Origin: Alphaproteobacteria bacterium
GTDB taxonomy: Bacteria > Pseudomonadota > Alphaproteobacteria > JAUXUR01
Length of the DNA: 64,000 nucleotides
Direction of reading: 5' to 3'
Assembly (NCBI GenBank): GCA_030696155.1
Contig: JAUYSY010000029.1
Span: 4,059-68,058, forward strand
Below the pieces are notes generated by a model. The model saw nothing but the letters and a program-made list of their open reading frames with translations. It did no database searches and was not told the origin of the DNA. Position numbers and translations under genes: made by a program. Below, piece by piece: positions 9,173-20,669 of this stretch (its first letter is position 1; every line of letters begins with the position of its first letter).

Positions 9173-9736
9173 TTATTTGTTCTTTTTATTATTATCTTTC
9201 CATCCTGGCAACATCCTTCTTAAGATATTATCTTTCAAAATAAAGTGATGGTAAAGACCGCCCACAATATGAAAAGCCGTAAAACCAATAATCACCCAGA
9301 TCATATATTCGTGTACTTTATTTGCAAATTTTGAAATTGCAGGATTTTTCATGATTGGATCTATTGTGAATAAATCAAAAATTTTAATAGGATGACCCCC
9401 AAGCGTTGACATCAAATATCCACTTATAGGAATAATCAGCATCGAAAGATAAAGTGCCCAAATCACACCTTGCGCCGATTTCTTTTGCCAATTAGGCATT
9501 GGTGGATCTTTAGGCACAACATTTAAAAAACGCCAAAAAAGTCGTAGCACTATAATCAATAATGCCAACATACCTAATGCTTTATGTAGATCAAATAATT
9601 TCCATTTTTCATCGCCATCTGGAAAGTCACCCATCACAAAACCAAGCGTAATTTGGCCGATCAAAAAAGCAAAAATAAACCAGTGTAAAAATTGTGTAAC
9701 GATACCCCAACTTTGATCGCTATTTCGTAAATTCAT
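9173..9736 (-). CDS. Cytochrome b561 family protein
   Basis: Four-TM haem-binding protein with conserved His (HWFIFAFL...H). Start moved to ATG 9736, which has a GGAGG RBS. The upstream part of the ORF-track call runs into the family-C repeat. Confidence 0.7.
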   Translation of the reverse strand: MNLRNSDQSWGIVTQFLHWFIFAFLIGQITLGFVMGDFPDGDEKWKLFDLHKALGMLALLIIVLRLFWRFLNVVPKDPPMPNWQKKSAQGVIWALYLSMLIIPISGYLMSTLGGHPIKIFDLFTIDPIMKNPAISKFANKVHEYMIWVIIGFTAFHIVGGLYHHFILKDNILRRMLPGWKDNNKKNK

Positions 9737-9751
9737 AATTCCTCCGTTTTT

Positions 9752-9947
9752 TATAATTATTGGTAACTCCCCAGCCCCCCTGCTACGCCCCGCTCCAAAA
9801 CCCGCAGTGTCCATGCCAAAAAAGTAAAATGATAAATATATATCGTTACTTTTCAACAGGTTTTATGGATCTCGCGGTCAAGCCGCGGGACGTAGGGGGT
9901 GAGATGTTCAAATTTTGTATCTCCCCTCCTGGGGAATTACAATTATT
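9752..9947. repeat. Family-C GC-rich palindromic MITE-like element, copy 1
   Basis: Arms ccccagcccccctgctacgccccgc ... gcggtcaagccgcgggacgtagggggtgag, with a conserved right end gatgttcaaatt. Related copies at 28150, 36450, 53355 and 57489. Confidence 0.7.
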
Positions 9948-9979
9948 GAGAATTTGCCCATAAGATTGGCGTTAACCTA

Positions 9980-10648
9980 TTAAAAGTCTAAATTGACATA
10001 ATGTCGAGAGGGTAATATGCCCGGTACGACTTCATGCAATAAAGGCCTAAAACTAGGACGTGATTTTATTTTAGCATACCAATCCTTGGCTTCTGGGTGT
10101 TTATCCCAGGAAATATCTCCTAGATAATCAATTGACGAAAGATGAGAGGCTGCACAAATATCAGCCAAAGAAAAACGATCCCCTGCAAGCCAATTGCGTC
10201 TTTCAACCAAATATGAAATATAGGCTAGATGGTTATTCAAGTTAATGGCACCGGCACGTAAAGCGCTCGATGAAGGTGCGCCACGTCCATAATAAGCCTT
10301 AAAAGTTTTCTCTTCCAGCAGATTAACACTTACCTCATGATAAAATTTTTGATTGAACCAACCAACAAGACGTCTTACTTCTGCGCGTGTAATAGGATCC
10401 CGACCTAAAAGAGGTCGATCAGGATAGACTTCGTCTAAATATTCACAAATGGGGTTTACTTCAGCTATAACATCGCCTTCTGATTCTACCAAAACAGGTA
10501 AATCGCCTGTGGGGTTTAAATTAATAAATTCGGCACGTCTTTCCCAAGGCTTTTCTAAGATAAGATCAAAGCTTAATGATTTTTCAGAAAGACATAATCT
10601 CACTTGGCGAGAGGCCGGTGATAGCCAATAATGATAAAGTTTACGCAT
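9980..10648 (-). CDS. Glutathione S-transferase family protein
   Basis: N-terminal thioredoxin-like fold (KLYHYWLSPASRQVRL) and C-terminal GST helical domain. ATG 10648 has RBS aaagga; the ORF track begins at a TTG 18 nt upstream. Confidence 0.7.
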   Translation of the reverse strand: MRKLYHYWLSPASRQVRLCLSEKSLSFDLILEKPWERRAEFINLNPTGDLPVLVESEGDVIAEVNPICEYLDEVYPDRPLLGRDPITRAEVRRLVGWFNQKFYHEVSVNLLEEKTFKAYYGRGAPSSSALRAGAINLNNHLAYISYLVERRNWLAGDRFSLADICAASHLSSIDYLGDISWDKHPEAKDWYAKIKSRPSFRPLLHEVVPGILPSRHYVNLDF

Positions 10649-10873
10649 TTTTCCTTTTTCGTTCAAATTAGGATTTTCGTTATTACAATTTTACGGTAGA
10701 CTTCTTTTGAATCTTTTTTAAGATCGATAAAAACATAAGGCATGCTATGTCATTAATATTAAATCATTCTATCAAATCAATGCATTTAATAAAAGAATCA
10801 TTAACGTTTTTGTGTAGAAAATATGCAATGAGCCTTAAAATTGTGCTGAATCCTATTTTTGTGAGTTCTATAA

Positions 10874-11083
10874 ATGACTGATATTAATCCTAAATTGCTT
10901 GAAATTCTCGTTTGCCCTCAAACAAAAGGTAGACTTGTTTATAATAAAGAACAACAAGAGCTTATTTCCCCTTTGGCTGAATGTGCTTATCCTATTAAAG
11001 ATGGCATTCCTATTATGCTTATTGATGAAGCAAGACATTTAACAGAAGATGAAATCTTAAAATATAAAAAGAAAACAAGTTAA
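10874..11083 (+). CDS. Trm112/YcaR family protein (UPF0434)
   Basis: [14 protein letters not shown] ... DGIPIML is the canonical Trm112 zinc-ribbon-like motif. Confidence 0.7.
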   Translation: MTDINPKLLEILVCPQTKGRLVYNKEQQELISPLAECAYPIKDGIPIMLIDEARHLTEDEILKYKKKTS

Positions 11084-11153
11084 AAGAAACTTGTTGTTAA
11101 AAATGCCATTACATGTTAAAAAAAATACAAATTAACCTAAGTTAGAGTATATT

Positions 11154-11420
11154 ATGAACAAATTTTCTTTACTTTTTTGCGTTTCTTTATTTTTATCAGG
11201 CTGCTTTCATTACGAACCACAAATGTTTGGTGTTCCTCAAAGCATTTGGGTAACACTCAGCGAAGCGGAACGCGTCCATGTCATTGATGGCTACAATAGG
11301 AAAAAAGAGCTTGAAGAAGCTAACCGTCCAGCACGAGAAGCACTAGCAGCCACACAAAAATTATTAGAAAATCAAATGACGATTAATAACAATAACATGA
11401 ACAAAAAACATAAATATTGA
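11154..11420 (+). CDS. Small lipoprotein, hypothetical, with Asn-rich C-terminus
   Basis: Lipobox LFLSGC after a signal peptide. No family recognised. Confidence 0.45.
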   Translation: MNKFSLLFCVSLFLSGCFHYEPQMFGVPQSIWVTLSEAERVHVIDGYNRKKELEEANRPAREALAATQKLLENQMTINNNNMNKKHKY

Positions 11421-11523
11421 TCCTTATGTATTCCGTTTAAAAGGTTTTTTTCTGGATTGCCACGGGGCTTCTTTTAAGTTTGAGCCCCTCGCAATGACGA
11501 GTCACTTTTGCTTTTTCAAAAAA

Positions 11524-12813
11524 TTATCGAAAAATGGATTTTTCCATACGTATTATTTGTCCTACAAAATATAAAGAACCTGTAAACACTATCTTTGCGT
11601 TACGATCTAAATTATTATTAAGATTTTCTAAAAATGCATCCAAATCTTGAATTTCTTTAATTTTTATACCCATTTTAGAAGAAATATTAATTAACGCAGC
11701 AGAAGAAATAAAATCATCTGACGGATTTTGATAGGCATATAAATTAAAATTTTTATGTTTGAAAGACTCTAAAAACAAAACAGGATCTTTTGTTTTAGAA
11801 AGACAAAGAACAATGTGTAGATCGCATTCTTTTGACCATTCATCTAAAGTCTTCAATAAAACTTGAGCGCCACCTTGATTATGAGCGCCATCTACCCAAA
11901 TCTCTGCATCTGATTTTAAGGATGAAATCTGTTGAAGTCTTCCTGGCCATTGCGTATTTTTAATAGCATCGACAATTATATCTTGTTGAATGTCATAGCT
12001 TTTTTCTTTAAGAACAATACTCGCCATAATAGCCAAGGAAGCATTGGCTAATTGGTGTTGACCCCGTAATCCTAAAGTCGGAATGATTATTTCCAAATTA
12101 TTCGATTGAAAACTAAAGCCTTTGTCAATTTGTTTGAAACTATAATCACGATCAAAAATTTTTCCTTCTAATGCATTATCGATCATATAATTTTGATAAA
12201 AATCAAGAATCTCTGGTGTGTTTTGACCAATTAAATTAACAGAAGATTTTTTTAAAATGCCTGCCTTTTGAAAGGCAATTTCTTTCAATGTCTTGCCTAA
12301 TATATCTTGATGATCATATGAAATAGATGTAATTAAACTTAATATTGGATTTTCGATGATATTGGTTGCATCATGAAGACCTCCAAGACCTGTTTCGATG
12401 AGACAAAAATCAGCTTTTGTTTGACTGAAACTTAAGAATGCAACACAAGTGAGCAATTCAAACCAAGTAAGTGAAATATTAGAAGCAGCTTTTTCACATA
12501 ATTGAATAAAATCAACTAAATAATTATCGTCAATTTCTTGATTAGCAAGAACGAAACGTTCATTTAATTTGACAAGATGCGGTGATGTGAAAACATGAAC
12601 CTTAAAACCATGTGCTTTCAATATGGTATAAAGAAAAGCGATCGTTGAACCTTTTCCATTTGTGCCCGCCACATGAATCAATGGTGGTAATTTTAAATGT
12701 GGATTACCAAGATTGTGTAAAACAGAAAATAGTCGATCAAAAGTTAAATCTAAAAATCGTGGATAGGCAAAAACTTTATCTTCTAAAGTAGAACAAACCG
12801 AATTATGATGCAT
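11524..12813 (-). CDS. folC: Bifunctional folylpolyglutamate synthase / dihydrofolate synthase
   Basis: P-loop VAGTNGKGST, Mur-ligase-like middle and C-terminal domains. Confidence 0.85.
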   Translation of the reverse strand: MHHNSVCSTLEDKVFAYPRFLDLTFDRLFSVLHNLGNPHLKLPPLIHVAGTNGKGSTIAFLYTILKAHGFKVHVFTSPHLVKLNERFVLANQEIDDNYLVDFIQLCEKAASNISLTWFELLTCVAFLSFSQTKADFCLIETGLGGLHDATNIIENPILSLITSISYDHQDILGKTLKEIAFQKAGILKKSSVNLIGQNTPEILDFYQNYMIDNALEGKIFDRDYSFKQIDKGFSFQSNNLEIIIPTLGLRGQHQLANASLAIMASIVLKEKSYDIQQDIIVDAIKNTQWPGRLQQISSLKSDAEIWVDGAHNQGGAQVLLKTLDEWSKECDLHIVLCLSKTKDPVLFLESFKHKNFNLYAYQNPSDDFISSAALINISSKMGIKIKEIQDLDAFLENLNNNLDRNAKIVFTGSLYFVGQIIRMEKSIFR

Positions 12814-13028
12814 TTTTATAAAAATCTTTTTTTAAATTAGAATACGTCATGTTTTATTCCCTATTGTTAAAAACTCAGTAAATTGGAATCTATATATGTT
12901 TTTTTAATCCTAAAGCTAGAAATAAAAATCCTTTCCAACTAAAATATGCAGACATTTTCTTGATTTTTTACTGCATTAATTGTTATAGTCTCTTTATTAC
13001 AAATATCGTATAAAAATAAGGATACATC

Positions 13029-14255
13029 ATGATCGAAAGAAAGCAAACCATTGCCGTCAAAATTGGTTCTATTCAAGTAGGTGGTGGTGCGCCCGTTGTT
13101 GTACAATCGATGACAGATACTGAAACGGCAAATGTTGAAGCGAGCGTTGCTCAAATTAAGGCACTTGCAGATGCAGGATCAGAACTTGTTCGTCTGACAG
13201 TTAATGATGAAGATGCTGCTAAAGCTGTTCCCCTTATTCGCAAAAAATTAGACGCCTTGGGGTGTCATGTTCCTTTGATTGGCGATTTTCATTATAATGG
13301 ACATCGGCTTCTAACATCTTATCCTGAATGTGCTCAAGTTCTTGATAAATATCGTATTAATCCAGGCAATGTAGGCTTTGGTGAAAAACATGATCCTCAA
13401 TTCAAAATGATGATTGATGTTGCCATAAAATATAATAAACCAGTACGCATTGGTGTTAATTGGGGTAGTTTAGATCAAGGATTACTTGCACAATTAATGG
13501 ATCAAAATGCATGTGCCAAAACACCTAAAGAAGCCGATGTTATTCTACAAGATGCCCTTGTTTTATCGGCATTAACGAGTGCTAAAAAAGCGCAAGAAAT
13601 AGGTCTTCCCAAAAATAAAATTATTTTGGCTTGTAAAGTAAGCCGCGTTCAAGAATTATTGCAAGTTTATCGTCGATTAGCTGCAGAAGATAATTACGCA
13701 CTTCATGTGGGTCTCACAGAAGCGGGTATGGGATCTAAAGGTATTGTAGCGTCTTCGATTGCCATTGGCGCTATGCTGCTTGAAGGTATTGGTGATACGA
13801 TTCGTGTGTCTTTAACACCTGAACCAGGTTCATCCCGCACAAAAGAAGTTATTGTTTGCCAAGAAATTCTTCAAACAATGGGTATACGCTCTTTTGCCCC
13901 TATGGTTTCTGCGTGTCCCGGATGTGGGCGTACAACAAGTTCATTTTTTCGTGAACTCGCAGGTGAAATACAAACCTATTTACGCGATCGCATGCCCGCA
14001 TGGAAAAATGTTTATAAAGGCGTTGAAACAATGAATGTGGCCGTGATGGGATGTATCGTTAATGGACCTGGAGAAAGTAAGCATTCCAATATTGGTATTA
14101 GTCTTCCAGGAAGTGGTGAGTCACCAGCAGCACCCGTTTTTGTTGATGGCAGGAAAGTTGCAACACTTCGTGGTGATAATATTGTTGAAGAGTTTAAAGC
14201 TATTTTAGAAGATTATGTAGATACAAAATATGGCGTATCCCAAAAAATAGCATAA
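13029..14255 (+). CDS. ispG: 4-hydroxy-3-methylbut-2-en-1-yl diphosphate synthase (flavodoxin)
   Basis: GcpE signature including the C-terminal CPGCGRT 4Fe-4S cysteine motif. RBS aagga. Confidence 0.95.
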   Translation: MIERKQTIAVKIGSIQVGGGAPVVVQSMTDTETANVEASVAQIKALADAGSELVRLTVNDEDAAKAVPLIRKKLDALGCHVPLIGDFHYNGHRLLTSYPECAQVLDKYRINPGNVGFGEKHDPQFKMMIDVAIKYNKPVRIGVNWGSLDQGLLAQLMDQNACAKTPKEADVILQDALVLSALTSAKKAQEIGLPKNKIILACKVSRVQELLQVYRRLAAEDNYALHVGLTEAGMGSKGIVASSIAIGAMLLEGIGDTIRVSLTPEPGSSRTKEVIVCQEILQTMGIRSFAPMVSACPGCGRTTSSFFRELAGEIQTYLRDRMPAWKNVYKGVETMNVAVMGCIVNGPGESKHSNIGISLPGSGESPAAPVFVDGRKVATLRGDNIVEEFKAILEDYVDTKYGVSQKIA

Positions 14256-14322
14256 AGATTATCTTGAAAAAGGAAAAAACGATATTACTCTTAAAGGTGA
14301 TAGCAATTACTAACGAAAAAAA

Positions 14323-15051
14323 ATGTTAAAAATTCTTTACCTTTTTATGCTTACTTTTGTATCTTTTTCACTGAATGCTGAAAATTATTGTCGGGTGCCT
14401 GAATCAAAAAGATCTGCACAAGCTAAAGAGCGCGTGCTTGCAAAACTTAAAACAGCCTTGCAACAAAAAAAATTAGAATTAGGCAGTAATGTTTTTGTTA
14501 GAATCTTCAAAAAAGACAAAGAATTAGAACTTTGGATTAAAGGAAAAGATACCTTCCAACTTTTCAAAACCTACCCTATTTGTGCAATGTCTGGTGTTTT
14601 AGGGCCTAAAATGAAACAGGGTGACAAACAGGCACCTGAAGGTTTTTATACATTATCAGCCGATAGTTTGCATCCCAATAGTCGATATCATTTAGCACTT
14701 AATGTTGGCTATCCAAATCATTACGACAAAGCGATGGATTCAACAGGATCACATATCATGATTCATGGTGATTGTCGCTCGATCGGGTGTTTTGCAATGA
14801 CGGATCCACAAATTGAAGAAATTTATACCCTTATACATTTCGCTTTGGAAGCTGGCCAAAAACAAGTGCCTTTGCATATTTTTCCTTTTCACTTAAAGCC
14901 TGAGCATTTAAAAAATCATATAAAAAGTTCGTGGTATTTTTTCTGGTCAATGTTACAGCCCATTTATTTAGAATTTGAAAAAACAAAAATACCGCCTGTT
15001 ATAAAAATTAAAAACAGACTCTATTGTTTTGCTGAAAGTAGTAATTCTTAA
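14323..15051 (+). CDS. L,D-transpeptidase (YkuD-like) family protein with signal peptide
   Basis: Catalytic HIMIHGDCRSIGCFAM (His ... Cys) motif. N-terminal signal sequence. Confidence 0.75.
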   Translation: MLKILYLFMLTFVSFSLNAENYCRVPESKRSAQAKERVLAKLKTALQQKKLELGSNVFVRIFKKDKELELWIKGKDTFQLFKTYPICAMSGVLGPKMKQGDKQAPEGFYTLSADSLHPNSRYHLALNVGYPNHYDKAMDSTGSHIMIHGDCRSIGCFAMTDPQIEEIYTLIHFALEAGQKQVPLHIFPFHLKPEHLKNHIKSSWYFFWSMLQPIYLEFEKTKIPPVIKIKNRLYCFAESSNS

Positions 15052-15512
15052 TGATTTCTCACACTATTTTGGACTTTAAATCGGCATTACCCAATCGTGG
15101 CAGATTATTAGGATTTGATTTAGGTGAAAAGACATTAGGCATTGCACTTTCTGATCTTGATCGCATGATTGCCACCCCACTTGAAACGCTTATTAAAGAT
15201 AAATTCTCAAAATTATTGGAAGAAATTCAAACTATTATTCAAAAACATAACATTAAAGGCATTGTCATCGGATTGCCCATGAATATGAATGGATCAGAGG
15301 GTCCTCGATGTGAGTCCGTGCGTCAATTTGCAAAAAATATTGAACCTTCCATTGATTTACCACTGCTTTTTTGGGATGAGCGCCTTTCAACAATGGCCGT
15401 AAGCCGCATTATGATTGAAGCTGATTTAACGCGCAAAAGACAAAAGCAAGTTGTTGATAAAATGGCAGCGTCTTATATATTGCAAGGCGCTTTGGACGCA
15501 TTGAAGTATTAA
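15051..15512 (+). CDS. ruvX: Putative pre-16S rRNA nuclease / Holliday junction resolvase-like YqgF
   Basis: RLLGFDLGEKTLGIALSD N-terminus and RNase H-like fold motifs. Start overlaps the upstream stop by 1 nt (TAATG). Confidence 0.85.
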   Translation: MISHTILDFKSALPNRGRLLGFDLGEKTLGIALSDLDRMIATPLETLIKDKFSKLLEEIQTIIQKHNIKGIVIGLPMNMNGSEGPRCESVRQFAKNIEPSIDLPLLFWDERLSTMAVSRIMIEADLTRKRQKQVVDKMAASYILQGALDALKY

Positions 15513-15548
15513 ATCTTTTTCGAAATCTACTACTGTCATTTTGGTATT

Positions 15549-15691
15549 AGGCTTCTTTCAAAACTCGCTAATGTGGGACGAGTGATAGAAGATTCGGCAC
15601 GGAAGACCACAGTGTATTCTTCATACATGAGGATCTGAGTACCGAAACGACGCATCAATCGACCGCAGTAGTAGAGTTTTGAAAAAAGTCT
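15549..15691. repeat. Family-B palindromic intergenic repeat, copy 1
   Basis: Imperfect palindrome (ctactactg...cagtagtag). Core gtgtattcttcatacatgaggatctgagtaccgaaacgacgc. Ends in gagttttgaaaaaagtcta, as does the copy at 58888..59029. Confidence 0.65.
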
Positions 15692-15693
15692 AT

Positions 15694-16863
15694 TCAAGTT
15701 TCTTTAAACAATTCACGTCCAATAAGCATACGTCTTATTTCAGATGTGCCTGCGCCTATTTCATATAATTTAGCGTCACGTAAAAGTCTACCTACTGGAT
15801 ATTCATTGATATAGCCATTACCACCTAAACATTGAATCGCTTCTAAGGCCATCCATGTTGCTTTTTCAGCAGAATATAAAATTGCACCCGCTGCATCTTT
15901 GCGTGTTACTTCACCACGATCACAAGCCTTTGCCACCATATAAACATATGATTTACAAGCCATATAGGTTGTATACATATCCGCAAGTTTGCCTTGCATG
16001 ATTTGGAACTCACCAATCGCTTTCCCAAATTGTTTACGTTCATGCACATAAGGCAAAACGATATCGAGTGCTGCCTGCATAATGCCTAATGGACCACCTG
16101 AAAGGACTAAACGTTCGTAATCGAGACCACTCATCAAGACTTGAACGCCTGCATTAAGCCCGCCCAAAATGTTTTCTTCAGGAATTTCACAATTATCAAA
16201 AACAAGCTCACATGTATCAGAACCACGCATACCCAATTTGTCTAATTTTTGTGCTGTACTAAAGCCTTTCATGCCTTTTTCAACGATAAAAGCCGTAATA
16301 CCTTTCGTACCACCTTGTGGATCAGTTTTGGCGTAAACAACCAAGACATCAGCTTGTGGACCATTGGTAATCCACATTTTTGTGCCATTTAAAATATAGC
16401 GATCACCTTTTTTATCGGCTTTCAAACGCATGGATACAACATCAGACCCAGACCCTGCTTCCGACATCGCAAGCGCACCCAAATATTCACCCGATACTAA
16501 TTTTGGTAAATATTTCATTTTTTGTGCTTTATTGCCATTTATATGGATTTGATTCACACATAAATTGGAATGCGCACCATAACTTAATCCAATGGAAGCA
16601 GAGGCACGTGAAATTTCTTCCATCGCAATAACATGTTCGGTATACCCCATCTGGGCACCGCCATATTCCTCACCCACCGTGACACCAAGCACCCCTAAAT
16701 CACCTAATTTTGGCCATAAATGCCGGGGAAATTCATTATTATGATCAATTTCTTGCGCAATAGGCGCTATTTCTTTTTGCGCAAAGCTTTTAACAGAATC
16801 GCGTAATAAAGTTGCTGTTTCACCGAGATCAAAATTTAAAAATGGGGAGCGATTTGGAATCAT
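15694..16863 (-). CDS. ivd: Isovaleryl-CoA dehydrogenase
   Basis: Acyl-CoA dehydrogenase fold with the IVD-type active-site region ([20 protein letters not shown]). Confidence 0.85.
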   Translation of the reverse strand: MIPNRSPFLNFDLGETATLLRDSVKSFAQKEIAPIAQEIDHNNEFPRHLWPKLGDLGVLGVTVGEEYGGAQMGYTEHVIAMEEISRASASIGLSYGAHSNLCVNQIHINGNKAQKMKYLPKLVSGEYLGALAMSEAGSGSDVVSMRLKADKKGDRYILNGTKMWITNGPQADVLVVYAKTDPQGGTKGITAFIVEKGMKGFSTAQKLDKLGMRGSDTCELVFDNCEIPEENILGGLNAGVQVLMSGLDYERLVLSGGPLGIMQAALDIVLPYVHERKQFGKAIGEFQIMQGKLADMYTTYMACKSYVYMVAKACDRGEVTRKDAAGAILYSAEKATWMALEAIQCLGGNGYINEYPVGRLLRDAKLYEIGAGTSEIRRMLIGRELFKET

Positions 16864-16872
16864 AATAAACCC

Positions 16873-18234
16873 TTATAATAAAAAGATAGACGCTAATCCT
16901 AAAAACAAGAAAAAGCCAATCGTATCAGTCATAGCAGATAATAAAACACTTGAGGCAATCGCAGGATCGACAGATGTTTTTGAAAGTCCAATAGGTATCA
17001 AAGCACCAACAGTGCCCGCCACAACAAAATTACCAATCATAGCAATACCAATGGTAATACCAAGATTAATATGCTGGAACCATAAAGCAGATGCAATACC
17101 TGTTATAACTGCAAAAATAATACCATTTGCAATAGCTACAAAAATTTCTTTAAAAGCCAAGCGTCGTGCATTTAATTCTGTAATTTCTTTGGTCGCAAGA
17201 CCACGCACGACAACCGTCAATGTCTGCGTCCCTGCATTGCCGCATAAAGCTGGTACAATAGACATTAAAACAGCAAGTTCGACAAGATGATCAATGGTCG
17301 TTGAAAAACAGGAAATAACAAAAGAGGATAAAAAGGCTGTGCCTAAATTGACAAGCAACCAAGGAAAACGCATTTTGAGCGTTTCAAAAACAGCACTCGA
17401 TGTATCTTTTTCAGAAACACCACCTAGATGCATAATATCTTCTTCAGCTTCTTCGTTAATAACATCGACAACGTCATCAACGGTAATAACACCGACCAAA
17501 CGTTCGTCTTGATTAATAACGGGCGCTGAAACCAACCCATATTTTCTAAAAAGAGAGGCAACTTCTTCTTGATCCATATCAACAGGTATTGGCCAATATT
17601 GCTTATCCATAAGTTCGTTTACAAAAACTTCACGTTGGCTACGCAATAAACGTGATACAGTCAGCACACCAACGGGTCGATATTTTGGGTCTACTACAAA
17701 AACAGCGTAAAAATCTTTAGGTAAATCAACATTTAAACGTATAAGATCAATAGCTTGACCCACTGTCCAATGTTCTGGCGTTACAACCATTTCTCGTTGC
17801 ATAAGCCGTCCCGCACTATCCTCGGGATAATGAAGACTTTGCTCGAGAATCGCACGATCCCGCGCAGGCATGGCTTGTAACAAATCGTTACGTTCTTCTT
17901 CTTCCAAATCTTTAATAACGTCAATGACGTCATCGCTTTCAAGATTTGGCAATAAAGATGCAAAACGATCGCGTCCTAAAAGTTCTAAAACTTCCTCTTG
18001 GACATGTTCTTCAAGATAAGGCAATACTTCTGGATCAAGTGCCGAAGATAAAGCAGTGATCAACGCTACACGGTCAAGTTCTTTAGATTTATTTAATAAA
18101 TCAGCAAGATCCGCCGCATGTAAAGGTTCAACAAGATGCTGTACCTGTTCTTGGTCCCCATGATTGAGCGCATCATGAAGCGCATCCATAAACTCAGGCG
18201 TCAGCTGAAAATAAATTTCTTGTTGATCAGGCAA
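16873..18234 (-). CDS. mgtE: Magnesium transporter MgtE
   Basis: N-terminal MgtE-N domain, tandem CBS domains, C-terminal 5-TM MgtE domain. The true start may be a downstream ATG; the ORF-track start is TTG. Confidence 0.85.
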   Translation of the reverse strand: MPDQQEIYFQLTPEFMDALHDALNHGDQEQVQHLVEPLHAADLADLLNKSKELDRVALITALSSALDPEVLPYLEEHVQEEVLELLGRDRFASLLPNLESDDVIDVIKDLEEEERNDLLQAMPARDRAILEQSLHYPEDSAGRLMQREMVVTPEHWTVGQAIDLIRLNVDLPKDFYAVFVVDPKYRPVGVLTVSRLLRSQREVFVNELMDKQYWPIPVDMDQEEVASLFRKYGLVSAPVINQDERLVGVITVDDVVDVINEEAEEDIMHLGGVSEKDTSSAVFETLKMRFPWLLVNLGTAFLSSFVISCFSTTIDHLVELAVLMSIVPALCGNAGTQTLTVVVRGLATKEITELNARRLAFKEIFVAIANGIIFAVITGIASALWFQHINLGITIGIAMIGNFVVAGTVGALIPIGLSKTSVDPAIASSVLLSAMTDTIGFFLFLGLASIFLL

Positions 18235-20578
18235 TGGCGTAATCCCCTCTTTTTCCAGTCTCTTTCAGCACTAGTTTTTTCTTGGCCAAACGACTTTGGG
18301 CATCAACAACAGCAAGAGCAGCCATATTAACAATCCCACGTACCGTTGTTGAAGGTGTTAATATATGCGCGCTTTCAGCAACACCTAAAAGCATAGGACC
18401 AATCGAAAGTCCTTCACCCAAGCTTTTCAATAGATTGAGCGCAATGTTGGCTGCATCTAAATTAGGCATAATAAGTACATTAGCCATGCCTTCTAACTGC
18501 GCATTCGGAAAAATAGCCGCTCGTATTTCTGGTTGAAGCGCCATATCAGCATGCATTTCACCTTCTATTTCAAGATGAGGTGCCTTCGCTCTCACAAGAT
18601 CAAGGACATTACGCATTTTTTGCGCTGAAGCTGATCTTGAAGATCCAAAATTAGAATGTGATAAAAGGGCAATTTTAGGCTCCAACCCAAAACGCTTTAC
18701 CATATCGGCAGCTAATATTGCAATTTCAGAAAGCTGTTCTTCAGTGGGATCTTGACAAAGATAGGTATCTGTTAAAAAGACCGTTCCTTTAGGCATCACA
18801 ACAGCGCTTAAAGCGGCTGCGACTTTAACTCCTTCAGACAAACCTAACATATCATAAATATAATGATAATGTTCAGGATAGGTACCGACCAAACCACATA
18901 ACATCGCGTCTGCTTCACCCCGCAGCATCATGAGTGTTGCAATCAACGTCGTTTCCGTGCGGACTTCTGTTTTAGCAATGGAAGGCGTTACACCTTTGCG
19001 TTGCATAAGTGAATGATACAGGCTCCAATATTCATGAAAACGAGGATCATCTTCAGGATTTACGATCTCAACATCTTTATTAAGCTTCAATCTTAAGCCT
19101 AATCTTTCAACGCGGTGGGCAATAACTTCGGGACGACCAATTAAGATAGGATGTACTAATTTTTCATCCAACAATACTTGAACAGCCCGTAAAACTTTTT
19201 CTTCTTCACCTTCTGCAAAAACCAGACGCATCGGATTTTTACGCGCTGTTTGCATAACGGAACGCATTAAAAAGCTAGAACGATACACATAAGAATGAAG
19301 AGTGTGCTTATAGGCTTCAAAATCTTTAATAGGGCGCGTTGCAACATTACTTTCCATGGCAGCCTTGGCTACAGCAATAGGTATTTCAAGGATTAATCTG
19401 GGATCAAAGGGTTTTGGTATTAAATAATCAGGACCAAATTTTTGATCCTCGTCCCCATAAGCCCGTGCGACAATATCAGATGATTCGGCCATCGCAAGAT
19501 TTGCCAAAGATTCGATACAAGCGAGTTTCATCGCATCATTAATTTCAGTCGCCCCCACATCAAGCGCGCCTCTAAAAATAAAGGGGAAACACAAGACGTT
19601 ATTTACTTGATTGGGATAGTCTGAACGCCCTGTTGCAATGATCGCATCGCTTCGAATTTTTTTGATCTCTTCAGGTAAAATTTCAGGTTCAGGATTGGCA
19701 AGTGCTAGAATAAGAGGCGATTTTGCCATTAAGGCCACCCCTTCTGCAGGCAGGGCTTTAGGCGCTGATAATCCTAAAAATATATCCGCATCTTGCATAA
19801 TATCGACAATTTTACGCGCGTCAGTTTCTTGTGCATACATGGATTTACGTGGATCCATGGCAATTTCGCGACCTTTATACACGACACCATAAAGATCTGA
19901 AACATATACATTTTCGTATTTTAAGCCCATTTTTACAAGCTGATCAAGACAAGCAAGCGCTGCGGCGCCAGCACCTGAACAAACGAGCTTAACCTGAGAG
20001 ATATCTTTTTTAACAACGCGTAATCCATTACGAATGGCAGCTGCTACAATAATGGCTGTTCCATGTTGATCATCATGAAAAACAGGAATCGTCATACGTT
20101 TTTTTAATTTTTCTTCAATTTCAAAACATTCTGGCGCTTTAATATCTTCTAAATTAATGCCCCCGAAGGTAGGCTCTAAACTAGCAATAATATCAACAAG
20201 TTTGTCTGGATTTTTTTCATTAATTTCAATATCAAAAACATCAATGCCGGCAAATTTTTTAAAGAGAACAGCTTTACCTTCCATAACAGGTTTGGCAGCC
20301 AAGGGACCAATATCACCCAAGCCTAAAACAGCCGTCCCATTGGTAATCACGGCCACTAAATTTGAACGTATTGTATAATCAGCAACGCTCGCCGGATTTT
20401 CAGCAATAGCAAGGGAAGGGGCTGCAACACCTGGCGAATAAGCAAGCGATAAATCGCGTTGATTAGCAAGTGGTTTCGTTGGGACAACAGAGATCTTACC
20501 TGGTGTCGGATCACGATGATAATCAAGCGCACTTTTTGACATATTTTTAGCCAATTCAACCTCATATGGAAGATTCAA
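18227..20578 (-). CDS. maeB: NADP-dependent malic enzyme (MaeB type, malic enzyme plus phosphotransacetylase-like domain)
   Basis: [17 protein letters not shown]-terminal signature, malic-enzyme NAD(P) domain and a C-terminal PTA-like domain. Start is uncertain between TTG 20578 and ATG 20542. Confidence 0.9.
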   Translation of the reverse strand: MNLPYEVELAKNMSKSALDYHRDPTPGKISVVPTKPLANQRDLSLAYSPGVAAPSLAIAENPASVADYTIRSNLVAVITNGTAVLGLGDIGPLAAKPVMEGKAVLFKKFAGIDVFDIEINEKNPDKLVDIIASLEPTFGGINLEDIKAPECFEIEEKLKKRMTIPVFHDDQHGTAIIVAAAIRNGLRVVKKDISQVKLVCSGAGAAALACLDQLVKMGLKYENVYVSDLYGVVYKGREIAMDPRKSMYAQETDARKIVDIMQDADIFLGLSAPKALPAEGVALMAKSPLILALANPEPEILPEEIKKIRSDAIIATGRSDYPNQVNNVLCFPFIFRGALDVGATEINDAMKLACIESLANLAMAESSDIVARAYGDEDQKFGPDYLIPKPFDPRLILEIPIAVAKAAMESNVATRPIKDFEAYKHTLHSYVYRSSFLMRSVMQTARKNPMRLVFAEGEEEKVLRAVQVLLDEKLVHPILIGRPEVIAHRVERLGLRLKLNKDVEIVNPEDDPRFHEYWSLYHSLMQRKGVTPSIAKTEVRTETTLIATLMMLRGEADAMLCGLVGTYPEHYHYIYDMLGLSEGVKVAAALSAVVMPKGTVFLTDTYLCQDPTEEQLSEIAILAADMVKRFGLEPKIALLSHSNFGSSRSASAQKMRNVLDLVRAKAPHLEIEGEMHADMALQPEIRAAIFPNAQLEGMANVLIMPNLDAANIALNLLKSLGEGLSIGPMLLGVAESAHILTPSTTVRGIVNMAALAVVDAQSRLAKKKLVLKETGKRGDYAIA

Positions 20579-20669
20579 GTCCTTTAAAAAGGGCTATTTT
20601 ATTTTACCTTAATGGGCTTGCCATGGAAAGGGAATACAGATACCTTCACAACATCTTTCTGTATTTAAA

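Noticed and set aside
9752-9947. Considered whether the recurrent cccgcggcttgaccgcggg repeats could be a CRISPR array
   Set aside because: Copies are dispersed tens of kb apart, are inverted-repeat pairs rather than direct repeats with regular spacers, and no cas genes are present.
9760-9963. 67-aa ORF, and likewise ORFs 28085..28357 and 36439..36675
   Set aside because: They lie entirely within family-C palindromic repeats. The peptides share the motif DPAVKPRDVGG only because the DNA repeat is shared. No RBS or context.
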